Shown: one piece after another, positions 35,453-48,699 of the stretch | How the letters are laid out: every line of letters starts with the position of its first letter | How positions within the stretch are numbered: the stretch's first letter is position 1 | Assembly: GCF_963921235.1 (NCBI RefSeq) | Contig: NC_086097.1 | Span: forward strand, 255,752,001 to 255,816,000 | Source of the DNA: Mobula hypostoma | Lineage: Eukaryota | Direction: 5' to 3' | Length of the DNA: 64,000 nt | The notes under the pieces: model-generated | Databases searched by the model: none | What the model was told of the DNA's origin: nothing | What the model saw: only the letters and a program-made list of their open reading frames with translations | Made by a program: the position numbers and the translations under genes

Positions 35453-38400
35453 AACATAGAATATAGAACATGGAATAGTACAGCACAGTACAGGCCCTTT
35501 GGCCCACAATGTTGTGCTGACCCTCAAATCCTGCCTCCCATATAAGCCCCCACCTTAGATTCCTCCATATACCTGTCTAGTAGTCTCTTAAACTTCACTA
35601 GTGTATCTGCCTCCACCACTGACTCAGGCAGTGCATTCCACGCACGAACCACTCTCTGAGTAAAAAACCTTCCTCTAATATCCCCCTTGAACTTCCCACC
35701 CCTTACCTTAAAGCCATGTCCTCTTGTATTGAGCAGTGGTGCCCTGGGGAAGAGGTGCTGGCTATCCACTCTACCTATTCCTCTTATTATCTTGTACACC
35801 TCTATCATGTCTCCTCTCATCCTCCTTCTCTCCAAAGAGTAAAGCCCTAGCTCCCTTAATCTCTGATCATAATGCATACTCTCTAAACCAGGCAGCATCC
35901 TGGTAAATCTCCTCTGTACCCTTTCCAATGCTTCCACATCCTTCCTATAGTGAGGTGACCAGAACTGGACACAAGGTGTGGCCTAACCAGAGTTTTATAG
36001 AGCTGCATCATTACATCGCGACTCTTAAACTCTATCCCTCGACTTATGAAAGCTAACACCCCATAAGCTTTCTTAACTACCCTATCCACCTGTGAGGCAA
36101 CTTTCAGGGATCTGTGGACATGTACCCCCAGATCCCTCTGCTCCTCCACACTATCAAGTATCCTGCCATTTACTTTGTACTCTGCCTTGGAGTTTGTCCT
36201 TCCAAAGAGTACCACCTCACACTTCTCCGGGTTGAACTCCATCTGCCACTTCTCAGCCCACTTCTGCATCCTATCAATGTCTCTCTGCAATCTTTGACAG
36301 TCCTCCACACTATCTACAACACCACCAACCTTTGTGTCGTCTGCAAACTTGCCAACCCACCCTTCTACCCCCACATCCAGGTCATTAATAAAAATCACGA
36401 AAAGTAGAGGTCCCAGAACGCACCCTTGTGGGACACCACTAGTCACAATCCTCCAATCTGAATGTACTCCCTCCACCACCACCCTCTGCCTTCTGCAGGC
36501 AAGCCAATTCTGAATCCACTTGGCCAAACTTCCCTGGATCCCATGCCTCCTGACTTTCTGAATAAGCCTACCGTGTGGAACCTTGCCAAATGCCTTACTA
36601 AAATCCATATAGATCATATCCACTGCACTACCCTCATCTATATGCCTGGTCACCTCCTCAAAGAACTCTATCAGGCTTGTTAGACACGATCTGCCCTTCA
36701 CAAAGCCATGCTGACTGTCCCTGATCAGACCATAATTCTCTAAATGCCCAGAGATCCTATCTCTAAGAATCTTTTCCAACAGCTTTCCCACCACAGACGT
36801 AAGACTCACTGGTCTATAATTACCCGGACTATCCCTACTACCTTTTTTGAACAAGGGAACAACATTCGCCTCCCTCCAATCCTCCGGTACCATTCCCGTG
36901 GACAACGCGGACATAAAGATCCTAGCCAGAGGCTCAGCAATCTCTTCTCTCGCCTCGTGGAGCAGCCTGGGGAATATTCCGTCAGGCCCCGGGGACTTAT
37001 CTGTCCTAATGTATTTTAACAACTCCAACACCTCCTCTCCCTTAATATCAACGTGCTCCAGAACATCAACCTCACTTATATTGTCCTCACCATCATCAAG
37101 TTCCCTCTCATTGGTGAATACCAAAGAGAAGTATTCATTGAGGACCTCACTCACTTCCACAGCCTCCAGGCACATCTTCCCACCTTTATCTCTAATCGGT
37201 TCTACCTTCACTCCTGTCATCCTTTTTTTCTTCACATAATTGAAGAATGCCTTGGGGTTTTCCTTTACCCTACTCACCAAGGCCTTCTCATGCCCCCTTC
37301 TTGCTCTTCTCAGCCCCTTCTTAAGCTCCTTTCTTGCTTCCCTATATTCCTCAATAGACCCATCTGATCCTTGCTTCCTAAACCTCATGTATACGGCCTT
37401 CTTCCACCTCACTAGATTTTCCACCTCACTTGTCACCCATGGTTCCTTTACCCTACCACTCTTTATCTTCCTCACCGGGACAAATTTATCCCTTACATCC
37501 TGCAAGAGATCTCTAAACATCGACCACATGCCCATAATACATTTCCCTGCAAAAACATCATCCCAATTCACACCAGCAAGTTCTAGCCCTATAGCCTCAT
37601 AATTTGCCTTTCCCCAATTAAATATTTTCCTGTCCTCTTTGATTCTATCCTTTTCCATGATAATTACAAAGGCCAGGGAGCGCTGGTCACTGTCCCCCAG
37701 ATGCTCACCCACTGAGAGATCTGTGACCTGACCCAGTTCATTACCTAGTACTAGATCTAGTATGGCATTCCCCCGGTCGGCCTGTCCACACACTGTGACA
37801 GGAATCCATCCTGGACACACTTAACAAACTCTGCCCCATCTAAACCCTTGGAACTTATCAGGTGCCAATCAATATTAGGGAAGTTACCGTCACCCATGAT
37901 AACAACCCTGTTATTTTTGCACCTTTCCAAAATCTGCCTCCTAATCTGCTCCTCTGTATCTCTGCTGCTACCAGGGGGCCTATAGAATACCCCCAGTAGA
38001 GTAACTGCTCCCTTCCTGTTCCTGACTTCCACCCATATTGACTCAAAAGAGGATCCTGCTGCATTACCCACCCTTTCAGTAGCTGTAATAGTATCCCTGA
38101 CCAGTAATGACACCCCTCCTCCCCTTTTTCCGCCTTCTCTATCCCTTTTAAAGCACTGAAATCCAGGAATATTGAGAATCCATTCCTGCCCTGGTGCCAG
38201 CCAAGTCTCTGTAATGGCCACTACATCATAATTCCATGTATGTATCCAAGCTCTCAGTTCATCACCTTTGTTCCTGATGCTTCTTGCATTGACGTACACA
38301 CATTTCAGCCCTTCTACCTTACTGTCTTTACACCGTTTATTCTGCTTCTTTTTCTCAAAGCCTCTCTGTATGTTAGATCTGGCTTTACTCCATGCACTTC

Positions 38401-39480
38401 TTTCACTGCTCTATCGCTCTGGGTCCCATCCCCCTCGCAAATTAGTTTACACCCTCCCAAACCATGCTAGCAAACCTACCTGCAAGGATATTGCTCCCCC
38501 TTGAGTTCAGGTGCAACCCATTCTATCTGTACAGGTCCCACCTTCCCCAGAAGAGATCCCAATGATCTAAAAATCTAAAACCCTGCTCCCTGCACCAACT
38601 CCTCAGCCACGCATTCAACTGCCATCTCCTCCAATTCTTACCATCACTGTCACGTAGCACTGGCAGCAATCCTGAGAACGCCACCCTTGAGGTCCTGTTC
38701 TTCAGCCTTCTGCCTAATTCCCAAAACTCACACTTCAGGACCTCATCCCTCTTCCTGCCTATGTCATTGGTCCCAACATGTATCACGACTTCTGGTTGCT
38801 TTCCCTCTCGTACCAGGATGTCGTGCACCCGGTCAGAGACATCCCGGACCCTGGCACCCAGGAGGCAACAAACCATGCGGGTGTCCTTCTCACGTCCACA
38901 AAATCTCCTGTCTGCGCCCCTGACTATAGAGTCTCCAATGACGACAGCTCTCCTCTTCTCCGTCCCACCCTTCTGCACCACAGGGTCAGACTCAGTGCCG
39001 GAGGCCCTGCCACCGTGGCTCACACCTGGTCGGTCGTCCCTGCCAACAGTATCCAGGACGGTAAACTTGTTATTCAGGGGAATGGCTACAGGGGTGCTCT
39101 GCACTACCTGTCTGCTCACCTTCACTTTCCTCCCTCTGACTGTCACCCAACGACCTGCTTCAGACAGCCTAGGTGTGACTACCTCCCTGTAGCTCTCATC
39201 TATGACTGCCTCATTCTCCCTTATGAGTCGAAGGTCATCCAGCTGCTGCTCCAGATTCCTTACACGGTCTTCCAGATCGCCCAGCCGTATGCACTTCTGG
39301 CAGATGTGAATCTGCAGGAGAGGGGAGTTCCTCCAAGACTGCCACATCTCACATGAGAGGCACATCACCATCTCAGGAGACATTGTAAAAACTAACTGCG
39401 ATCTAGCTTGTCCTCCGCCTCTTGAGTCAAAGCCACAAAGCTCCACTCCTTCACTGGCCCACTCACGCTCTGGCCGCTTT
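35453..39480 (-). mobile_element. Near full-length CR1 LINE (ORF1 plus frameshifted ORF2)
   Basis: ORF1 at 38523-39446; ORF2 pieces at 37757-38299, 35883-37820 and 35524-35937; TTCTAT-type tail near 35453-35470. Confidence 0.93.
38442..39383 (-). pseudogene. CR1 ORF1 (CxxC...CxxC zinc knuckle, coiled coil, SGNH esterase-like domain) with one premature stop
   Basis: CLSC...CQKC, LEDRVRNLEQQLDDL, IGDSIVR, HVGTNDI. TAG at 38525-38523, after which the frame continues GLHLN...EGVN*. Confidence 0.85.
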
Positions 39481-39507
39481 GTAAGGTGTATTCAGGAAGG
39501 TTTCCTG

Positions 39508-40113
39508 ACGAGGCTGTCTACAAGAAGGGTCAGAGCTGTCTCTATTTCCTGAGGAGACTGAGATCCTTTAACATCTGTTGGACGATGCTGAGGGTGTTCT
39601 ACGAGTCTGTTGTGGCCAGTGCTATCATGTTTGCTGTTGTGTGCTGGGACAGCAGGCTGAGGGTAGCAGACACCAGCAGAATCAACAAACTTATTCGTAA
39701 GGCCAGTGATGTTGTGGGGGTGGAACTGGACTCTCTCACGGTGGTGTCTGAAAAGAGGATGCTGTCTAAGTTGCATGCCATCTTGGTCAATGTCTCCCAT
39801 CCACTACATAATGTACTGGTTGGGCACAGGAGTACATTCAGCCAGAGACTCATTCCATCGAGATGCAGCACAGAGCGTCATAGGAAGTCATTCCTGCCTG
39901 TGGCCATCAAACTTTACAACTCCTCCCTTGGAGGGTCAGACACCCTGAGCCTATAGGTTGGTCCTGGACTTATTTCATAATTTACTGGCATAATTTACAT
40001 ATTACTATTTAACTATTTATGGTTCTATTACTATTTATTTATGGTGCAACTGTAACGAAAACCAATCCCCCCCCCCCCCCGGGATCAATAAAGTAAGACT
40101 ATGACTATGACTG
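39508..40113 (+). mobile_element. Rex1/Babar-type LINE 3' end, near-identical to the 55.7 kb copy
   Basis: KKGQSCLYFLRRLRSF...RKSFLPVAIKLYN; same AATAAA plus (GACTAT)n tail. Confidence 0.82.
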
Positions 40114-40184
40114 ACGTAATATGTGGATAAGCCAACTAGAGGAGAGGCTGTATTTGAGAATTGGTATTGAGAAATGAACCTGGT

Positions 40185-42142
40185 GCAGATGAGACGCAGC
40201 TGCTGACAGAGAAGAAGCAGATTCTGGATCGGTGGGCTGAGCACTTTAACAACGTCCTTAACCGCCCTGCCGACATCAACGACGAGGCCATTGCCCGCCT
40301 GCCCCAGGTAGAGATCAACAAGAACCTCGACACCCTCCCCACGGTAGATGAAGTCAGAAAGGCAGTGAAGCAGCTCTTCTGTGGCAAAGCGCCAGGAACC
40401 GATGCAATCCCTGCTGAGGTATACAAAGCAGGAGGCCCTGTCATGATGCAAAAGCTGACTGTTCTCTTCCAGTCCATGTGGAAAAAGGGACAGGTCCCAC
40501 AACAGCTGAAAGATGCCAGCATAGTCCACATCTACAAGAGGAAAGGCAACCGCCAGTCTTGCGACAACCACCGAGGCATCTCCCTCTTGTCCATTGCGGG
40601 GAAGATTCTGGCCCGTGTCCTGCTCAACCGCCTTCTCCAACATCTTGAGCAAGGTCTGCACCCAGAAAGCCAGTGCGGCTTCCGTGCTGAGTGTGGGACC
40701 GCGGACATGATTTTTGCTGCGCGCCAACTCCAGGAAAAATGCCAGGAGCAACACAGTGACCTCTTCATGACCTTTGTCGATAGCCAAGGCTTTCGATACG
40801 GTCAGCAGAGAAGGCTTGTGGAAGATCATGGAGAAGTTTGGCTGTCCCAGCAAGTTCATCACAATCGTCTGGCAGTTCCACGAAGGTCTGATGGTGAAAT
40901 TTCTGGATGATGACGACGAGTCGGAGGCCTTTCCAGTGACAAATGGCATCAAACAAGGCTGCGTTCTTGCCCCGACTCTGTTCAGTATGGTATTCTCTGC
41001 CATGCTGACAGATGCCTTCCGTAACTACGAAGAAGGAATCCACGTCAGGTACAGGACTGACGGCAGGTTATTCAACCTTAGGCGCCTGCAGGCAGTTACA
41101 AAGGTGCGAGAGACTGTCATCAGAGACTTCTTGTTTGCTGATGACTGCGCACTCAACGCCAGCACAGAGCAGGAGATGCAGCGTGAAATGGACTGCTTCT
41201 CACAAGCCTGCGACAACTTCCGTCTCACTATCAGCACCAAAAAGACCGAAGTTATGTACCAGCCTGCCCCAGGAAAGCCACACCAGGAGCCGCGCATCAC
41301 GGTGAAGGGCCAGAACCTCCAGGCAGCCCACAACTTCACCTACCTGGGCAGCATACTCTCTCGCGCAGTGAACATAGACGCTGAGGTCAACAACAGGATT
41401 GCCAAAGCCAGCGCTGCCTTTGGGAGACTCCGTGAGAACGTCTGGGAGCGGAGAGGACTCAGTCTTACCACCAAGCTGAAGGTCTACTGTGCAGTGGTCC
41501 TTACCACCCTCCTTTACGCCAGCGAGACCTGGACTGTCTACAGCAGACATGCCAAACAGCTCAACCATTTTCACCTGAGCTGTCTCCGCAGACTCCTCCA
41601 CATCAGGTGGCAGGACAAAGTCCCCGACACGGAAATCCTGGAAGGAGCTGGGCTCTGCAGCGTCTACACCCTCCTGCTGAAAGCCCAAGCCAGGTGGGCT
41701 GGACATGTGGTCAGAATGCCAGACAGCTGATTGCCTAAGCAGCTGCTGTACGTAGAACTGTGTCAGGGCAAGCGCTCAGTCGGGGGGCAGAAGAAACGTT
41801 ACAAAGACTGCCTTAAAGCGTCCCTCAAAGGCCCGGGTGTCGACATCAACACGTGGGAGACGCTTGCCCTGGACCGTCCAGCTTGGCGCAGCAAGATCAC
41901 CACAGGAGCCCGTGCAGCTGAAGTCAGGCGCATCATCGAGGCGCATCGAAAGCGTGCTGTGCGCAAGGCCCGAGTAGCATCGACTGCCATGACAGCACCC
42001 ACCCACTTGTGTCCCACATGTGGGCGAGCCTTCAGGGCCCGGATTGGCCTCATCAGTCACCTCCGGACCCACAGCCACCAATCTCCCATTTGACTTTGAA
42101 GCCATGGTCATCTTCGACTACGAAGGACGAACAACAACAACA
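40185..42142 (+). mobile_element. RTE-clade LINE, 5'-truncated, GC-rich, lightly mutated
   Basis: GKAPGTD, NHRGISLLS, GCVLAPTLF, DFLFADD, FTYLGS, C-terminal CPTC..F..RIGLISHLRTH, (ACA)n tail. One frameshift near 40780 and a stop at 41728-41730. 42-bp flanking duplication. Confidence 0.92.
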
Positions 42143-42295
42143 TGTAGAGGCTGTACTTGAGAACTGGTATTGAGAAATGAACCTGGTCAGGTGTCATATT
42201 TCTCAATGGGAGAGCATTTTGGAGGTAGTGATCACAACTCTATCTCCTTTTCCATAGTGTTGGAGAGGGATAGGAGCAGAAAATTTTGGAAAACA

Positions 42296-43024
42296 TTTAA
42301 AAGTTTGTTGAGGATACAAGCATTGTTGGTAGAATCTCAGGTGGTGATGAGAGGGCATACAGGTGTGAGATATGCCAACTAGTGAAATGGTGCCACAGTA
42401 ACAACCTGGCACTCAATGTCAGTAAGATGAAAGAGCTGATTGTGGACTTCAGGAAGGGTGAGATGAAGGAACACATACCAATCCTCAGAGGGATCAGAAG
42501 TGGAGAGAGTGAGCAGTTTCAAGTTCCTAGGTGTCAAGATCTCTGGGGATTTCTAACCTGGTCCCAACATATCAATGTAGTTATAAAGAAGGCAAGACAG
42601 CGGCTACAAAGTACCCAGGACATCTTTAGGGAGCGGTGTCTCAGAGAGGCAGCGTCCATTATTAAGGACCTCCAGCACCCAGGGCATGCCCTTTTCTCAC
42701 TGTTACCATCAGGTAGGAGATACAGAAGCCTGAAGGTGCAAATTCAGTGATTCAGGAACAGCTTCTTCCCCTCTGCCATCTGATTCCTAAATGGACATTG
42801 AATCTTTGGACACTACCTCACTTTTTCTTTAAAAATACAGTATTTCTGTTTTTGCAGGTTTTTTTAATCTCTTCAAAATACATAATTGATTTACTTAATT
42901 ATTTTTATTTTATTTATTATTTATTATTTCTTTTCTCTGCTAGAAAATGTATTGCACTGAACTGCTGCTGCTAAGTTAACAAATTTCACATCCTATGCCG
43001 GTGATAATAAACCCGATTCTGAAT
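42296..43024 (+). mobile_element. Rex1/Babar-like LINE 3' fragment (different subfamily)
   Basis: WCHSNNLALNVSKMKELIVDFRK and HPGHALFSLLPSGRRYRS; AT-rich 3' UTR ending GATAATAAACCCGATTCTGA. Related pieces lie at about 5095-5605, 10290-10530 (minus), 17010-17318 and 34240-34830. Confidence 0.7.
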
Positions 43025-45440
43025 TGGGCTAAGGGGAAAATGTTAGGCAGGATCTTGGGTACATAAATTGGGAGCAGATATTCTCAGGGAAATGCATGGC
43101 AGAAATGTTGCAAATGTTCATTGAGGCACAGAAAGTTTGGTAGGGTAAAAGAACCATGCTATATAAAGGATGTAGAAAATCTAGTAAAGAAGAAAAGAAA
43201 AGCTTATGAGAAGTTTAGGAAATTAGGTACAGTTAGAGCTCTAGAACATTACAAGGGTGCCAGGAAGGAGCTCAAGAATGAAATTAGGAGAGATAGACAG
43301 GGCCATGAAAAGGCCTTGGCGAGCAGGATTAAGGAAAACCCCCAAGGCTTTCTCCAAGTATGTGAAGAGCAAGACGATGAGCCGTGTGAGAATAAGACCA
43401 GTCAGGGGTGAGAGTGGAAACAAGTGCATGGAACCGGAGGAGGTAACTGAGGTACTTAATAAATTCTTTGCTTCAGTATTCAAGAGTGAAAAGTTCCCTG
43501 GCCATTGTGGGGATGACTCACAGCAGACTGAAATGCCTGAGTGTATAGACTTCAAGAAAGAGGATGTGCTGGAGCTTTTGAAAGGTATTAAGCATGAATA
43601 GTTGCGAGGACCAGATGAGGCATACCCCAGGCTACTGTGGGAAGAAAGGGAGGAGATTGTGGAGCCTCTGGAGATGATCTTTGCACCATCAATAGGGATG
43701 GGAGTACCACCAGAGGATGGGAAGTTTGCAAACATTGTTCCCTTGATCAAGAAAAGGAGTAGAGATAACCCAGGAAGTTATAGACGAGTAAGTCTGACTT
43801 CAGTGGTAGGTAAATACTTGCAGAAGATCCTGAGATCAGGATTTATGAGCATTTGGAGAGACAGTCTGATTAGGGATAGTCAGCATAACTTTGTCAAGGG
43901 CAGGTCATGCCTTACAAACCTGATTGAATTATTTGAGGATGTAAAACACATTCATGAAGGGAGAGCAGTAGATAGTGTATATGGATTTCAGTAAGGCATT
44001 TGATAAAGTTCCCTATGTGAGGCTCATTCAGAAAGTAATGAGACATGGGATCCTAGGAGACCTTGCTTTGTGGATCCAGAATTGGCTTGCCCACAGAAGG
44101 CAAAGGGTGGTTGTGAATGGTTCATTCTCTGCATGGAGGACGAGGACCAGTGGTGTTCCACAGGGATCTGTTCTGGGTCCCCTCCTCTGTGACTTTTATA
44201 AATGACGCGGTTGAGGAAGAAGGGTGGGTTAGTAAGTTTGATGATACAAAAGTGGGGGTGTTGTGAATAGTGCGGAGAGTTGTCAGAGGTTACAGTGCGA
44301 CATCGAAAGGATGCAGAACTGGGCTGAGAAGTGGCAGATGGAGTTCAACCCAGATAAGTATGAAGTGGTTCATTTCCATAGGTCATAATTGAAGACAGAA
44401 TATAATATTAATGGTAAGACAGTGTGGAAGATCAGCAAGATCTTGGGCCAATATCCACAGGACACTCAAAGCCGCTGCACAGATTGACAGTGTTGCTCTT
44501 CATCAACCATGGGATTGAGTTCAAGAGCCGTGAGATAATGTTACAGCTATACAAGACCCCACTTGGAGTACCGTGTTCAGATCTGGTCACCTCACTGCAG
44601 GAAGGATACGGGTGCTATATAAGAGAGTGCAGAGGAAATTTACAAGGATGTTGCCTTATGATAACAGGTTGAGTGTACTTGACCTTTTCTCCTTGGAGCA
44701 ATGGAGGATGAGAAGTGACCTGAGAGGTGTACAAGATGATGAGAATCATTGTGATCATGTGGATAGTCAGAGGCTTTTTCCCCCCAGGCTGAAATGCCTA
44801 ACATGAGGAGGCATATTTTAAGGTGCTTGGAAGTAGGTAAAAAGAGGATGTCAGCCAGTTGTGAAAGTAGATATGATAGGGTTTTTTTTTTGTTTTTTTT
44901 TAAAAAACTCTCCAATAGGTACATAGAGCTTAGAAAAATAAAGGGCTAGACAGTAGGGAAATTCTAGGCAACTTCAAGTTGGTTACATGGTCAGCACAGC
45001 ATTGTGAGCTGAAGGCCCTGTAATGGGCTGTAGATTTTGTTTCTGTGTAATTTATGGTATAGTTACAGACTGGCATGCATGTTGTAGAGATCACTGAATC
45101 ATGGCTGAAAGAGAATCATAGCTGGGAGCTTATCGCCCAAGGATACACATTGTATCAAAATGACTGGCAGAGAGGATGGGGTGGTTCCATTTTTAAAAAG
45201 AAATTAAATTATTAGAAAGCTGACATAGGATCAAAAGGTGAAGAATTGTTGTCAGTGGAGCTAAGGAACTGCAAGGGTAAAAAGACCCTGATGAGAGTTG
45301 TATACTGACCCCCAAACAGTGAGGATGTGGCCTACAAATTACAATGGAAGGTGGAAAATGCATGCCAAAAGCGCAATGTTACAATAGTTGTGGAGGATTT
45401 CAATATGCAGGTAATTTTGGAAAAATCAAGTTGTTGCTGT
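43025..45440 (+). mobile_element. Decayed CR1 ORF2 (host of the RTE and Rex1-like insertions) plus an endonuclease fragment
   Basis: Continuous CR1 motif order across 40115-40184, 42146-42295 and 43025-45045. Confidence 0.8.
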
Positions 45441-45580
45441 ATTCCAGGAGGTGAAAACTGTTTCTGTGCCACAAGATTCTATAAACTCAGATTTACATAT
45501 TTCAATTTTGAATATAAAATTTAAAAAGGCTAGAAATTTAAACAGAACAATCAGAACAGTATGTACTGCTTTTGCACCAG

Positions 45581-45586
45581 TTTATT
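45581..45586 (-). promoter_or_regulatory. Polyadenylation signal of the unidentified gene
   Basis: AATAAA on minus followed about 20 nt later by CTGTTCTGATTGTTCTGTTT, a GU-rich downstream element. Confidence 0.5.
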
Positions 45587-45964
45587 TATAAGTGTTTCAT
45601 CATTCCACATTGTGAAGACATTTCCAATAATTGGAGTATTTTTGAATTGTATCCGAGTGCTGTTTGTTGACCTGGTATAAAGGTGCAACCTTCTTGGCAC
45701 TTTTAGTCCTCCCTCTCCTCAGTACATTTCCTAAAAGTACAAGGAAAGAAAGTCAAGGTTCAAAGTGTCAAACTTTATACTCCAGCATTTTCACTAAGAT
45801 TCAGCTTTTTTTTTTAAAAAAAGTAGTTTCCAGTGATGGGTTGAAGTAATTGATGTGTCAAGGTATTTGTACTTTGACAAGTACTAGTGCATATTCTCAA
45901 GTAGAAAATAACTCGGCATATCAAATCACGATTATTATCCCCTTGAATTGTGACACTTGCACAT

Positions 45965-46101
45965 TTAATGGTAGGTCACTAGTTGATCACCTTGAAGCCC
46001 ATGTAAATCTGATAAATCCCAGAAATCCATTTCATTCAGTTTCGGAGCAGCTCTCTTCCGAGGGACTGATTTGCAGCTGGATTTTACTTCTTCCAGTTTC
46101 T
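45965..46101 (-). CDS. Candidate terminal coding exon of the same gene (EKLEEVKSSCKSVPRKRAAPKLNEMDFWDLSDLHGLQGDQLVTYH*)
   Basis: Strong acceptor TATTTTGTTTCTGTACAG|A. Phase-1 frame is open for 45 codons to TAA, then about 380 nt of unique 3' UTR, AATAAA (45586-45581) and a downstream GT/T-rich tract. Confidence 0.6.
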
Positions 46102-48699
46102 CTGTACAGAAACAAAATACATCAATATACAACTTCAATTGTCACCTGCACAATGCTAAATAGGCACTACTTAAAATAGAAGTATGGTGAACTCACAGGC
46201 TTTGTCATTGTTTAATTAACTATCCCAAGTTACATAGTTAGAGCACAGAAACAGGCCTTTTGTCCAACTGATTCATACTGATCAAGAAACCCATTCAATC
46301 TAGTTCTATTTGCACAGTCAACAATTCAGGAACAACTTCTGCCATCAGATTACTAAATGGTCTTTGAACATCACCTCATATTTTTCTCCTTGTACCATTT
46401 ATACTTTTGTATAGTTTTATGTATTACACTCCAATACTGCCACAAAACAAATTTCACACCACACGTCAGTGACAATAAACTCATTTCTGAACCTTTCCTA
46501 TTCCTAGCAAAAAAGTGGCAGGTTTTTTTATTAAAAAAAACCACTGGTGTGGCACAGAGTTCCAGGTTTTTAACCAAAAATTAATTATCTTGTCAAAAGT
46601 CAAACGCAGAGCCCAGAGATAGAAACCACAATCAACTTTGTGCAAGTTCAGTTTTAGAGTTGCAAGGTGTAAATGAGTGAAGGCACCCAATTGTGACAAT
46701 CAAATGTGTTAATGACATACTGTTTTAAGGGGAACAGCAAGAATTGAGGAAAGAACTCTTTGATACTTCATTAAAGTCTCCCTAAGATTTAGGAGCAGAA
46801 TTAGGCCATTTAGTCCATCAAGTTAATGTGTTCTGTGTGTCTGCTTCATCTTTTCAACATGGCTGATCCATTTTCCTTCTCAGCCCCAGTCTCCTGCCTT
46901 CTCCCCATATCCCTTCATACCCTGACTAATCAAGATCCATCAACCTCTGCCTTAAATATACCCCACGACTTTGCCTCCACGGCCACCTGTGGCAACAAAT
47001 TCCAGATTCACCGCTCTTTAGCCAAAGAAATTCCTCATCTCCATTCTAAATGGAGATCGCTGTATTCTGAGGTTGTGCCCTCTGGTCTTTGACTCTCCCA
47101 CCAAGGAAACACCCTCTCCAGAATCACTATCAGAGGTTATTTGTTGTGTTTCAATAAGTTCATTCCCCCCCCCCACACCGCCATTCTTCTGAATCCCAGT
47201 GAGTGGAGGCACAGCCATCAAACACTCATATGATGACCCCTCCATGTCCAGAATCAATTTTGTGAATCTCCTTTGAACACTTTCAGTTTTCTCTACCTAT
47301 AGTCAATTTCCCTTCATTCTCCTATGCTATAGGAATAAAGTCTTCCAGTAAGATGGCAGCATGTTCGGACGCAGCGACTTCTTGGGGGCCAACCAAAGGT
47401 GTTTTTATCTGTTTAACAGATCATTATGATCGCAAGACAATGCTGGGCATTAAGAACTTCAGGTACTGCAGTCTACCCCATCAGCGAACTGCTCATTGGC
47501 AGAAGAGCTGGACGGTGTGAACCCTGTTACTGCCTACTACAAAATTGCACTGAAGTCAGTGTGCGAGTCCAGTGGGTCGTCTAACAGCGATAGGGTATCC
47601 TGGATGATTCACCTGTGATCGCAAGACCCTGTTGCATATTTGTGATGCAAGATGCTGCAAGTCCGTCCCCTTGGTTTATTGACGAGACAGAGGAGCTGCA
47701 TGGCCTTGCTTGTAGGGAGGACTAGGCCTCAGGCCTCAAACTGCAGGCTTGCTTATTGCTGCAGTCCAAGGGAGGCGATGCCGGAGATGGTAAGATGGCA
47801 ACCATACCCGTTTGGGAGGGGGGGGGGGAAGAGATGGGGAGGGGTGCTGACCGCTCCCATCAGTACTACCATCCAGTGTTTGATCAGTGAAATGAACAGC
47901 TGGTGACAAGTGAAATGCAGACTGCTCAGAACTGCTTGTTCTTGATAATGTCATGCACCATCAATTTACAGGATATGTTGTCTGGACTTGGAATACATGT
48001 GACTGTTTACTTTCTATCTTATATGCTTTGTGCTGTCTATGACTTTTGGTACTGTTTTATACCTTGACCCCAGTGGAACACTTTCATTCAGCTGTATTCA
48101 TGGGTATTCATGTATGGTTGAATGATAATTAAACCTGAACTAAGGTCCTACCTTATTCAGCCTTTCCCTATATAACAAAATGCTGGAGGAAAGCAGGTCA
48201 GGACTGGAGTAGCGTTTGCAGAATCTCATTCAAATTTACTCTACATCTCAGGTGTCAAGTCCCAGCAACATCCTTGTCAATATTCTGTTCTACAAATTTG
48301 CTGCTATTCTACAAAATACCAAGGCCAGCTGTGAAAGAAGAGACTGAACAACCAAAAGACCCAACCACAAACCATAGCCACCATCTACTCTTTCCCACAC
48401 CGCACCAGAACGCAGATCAAAGACTGGCTTCTACAGCCACCCGAGTGCCTATTAATAGCAGTTCCTGTAGAGAACATTGTACTCGAGTGACTGCACTACC
48501 AAAGTTTAAAACTCAATAAATGAAGTTCCACATCACAAGAAAATGATAAAGCTGATTCTGATCCAAGTCAGTAGATCCAGTTGAGGACCAGCACTGAAAC
48601 TTTAGCAATATAGTTTCAAATACTAAGAGATTCCAAAATGGTGTCAAGTTTCAAACCTGGTTTAGCACCTACATCTAGAGCCTACTCCCACTTGGTCAA

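Noticed and set aside
40035..42111. Long minus-strand ORFs (322, 168 and 131 aa)
   Set aside because: Antisense to the GC-rich RTE coding region, where stop codons are scarce.
45850..46179. 109-aa plus-strand ORF in unique DNA
   Set aside because: Antisense to the better-supported minus-strand terminal exon and lacks recognisable features.
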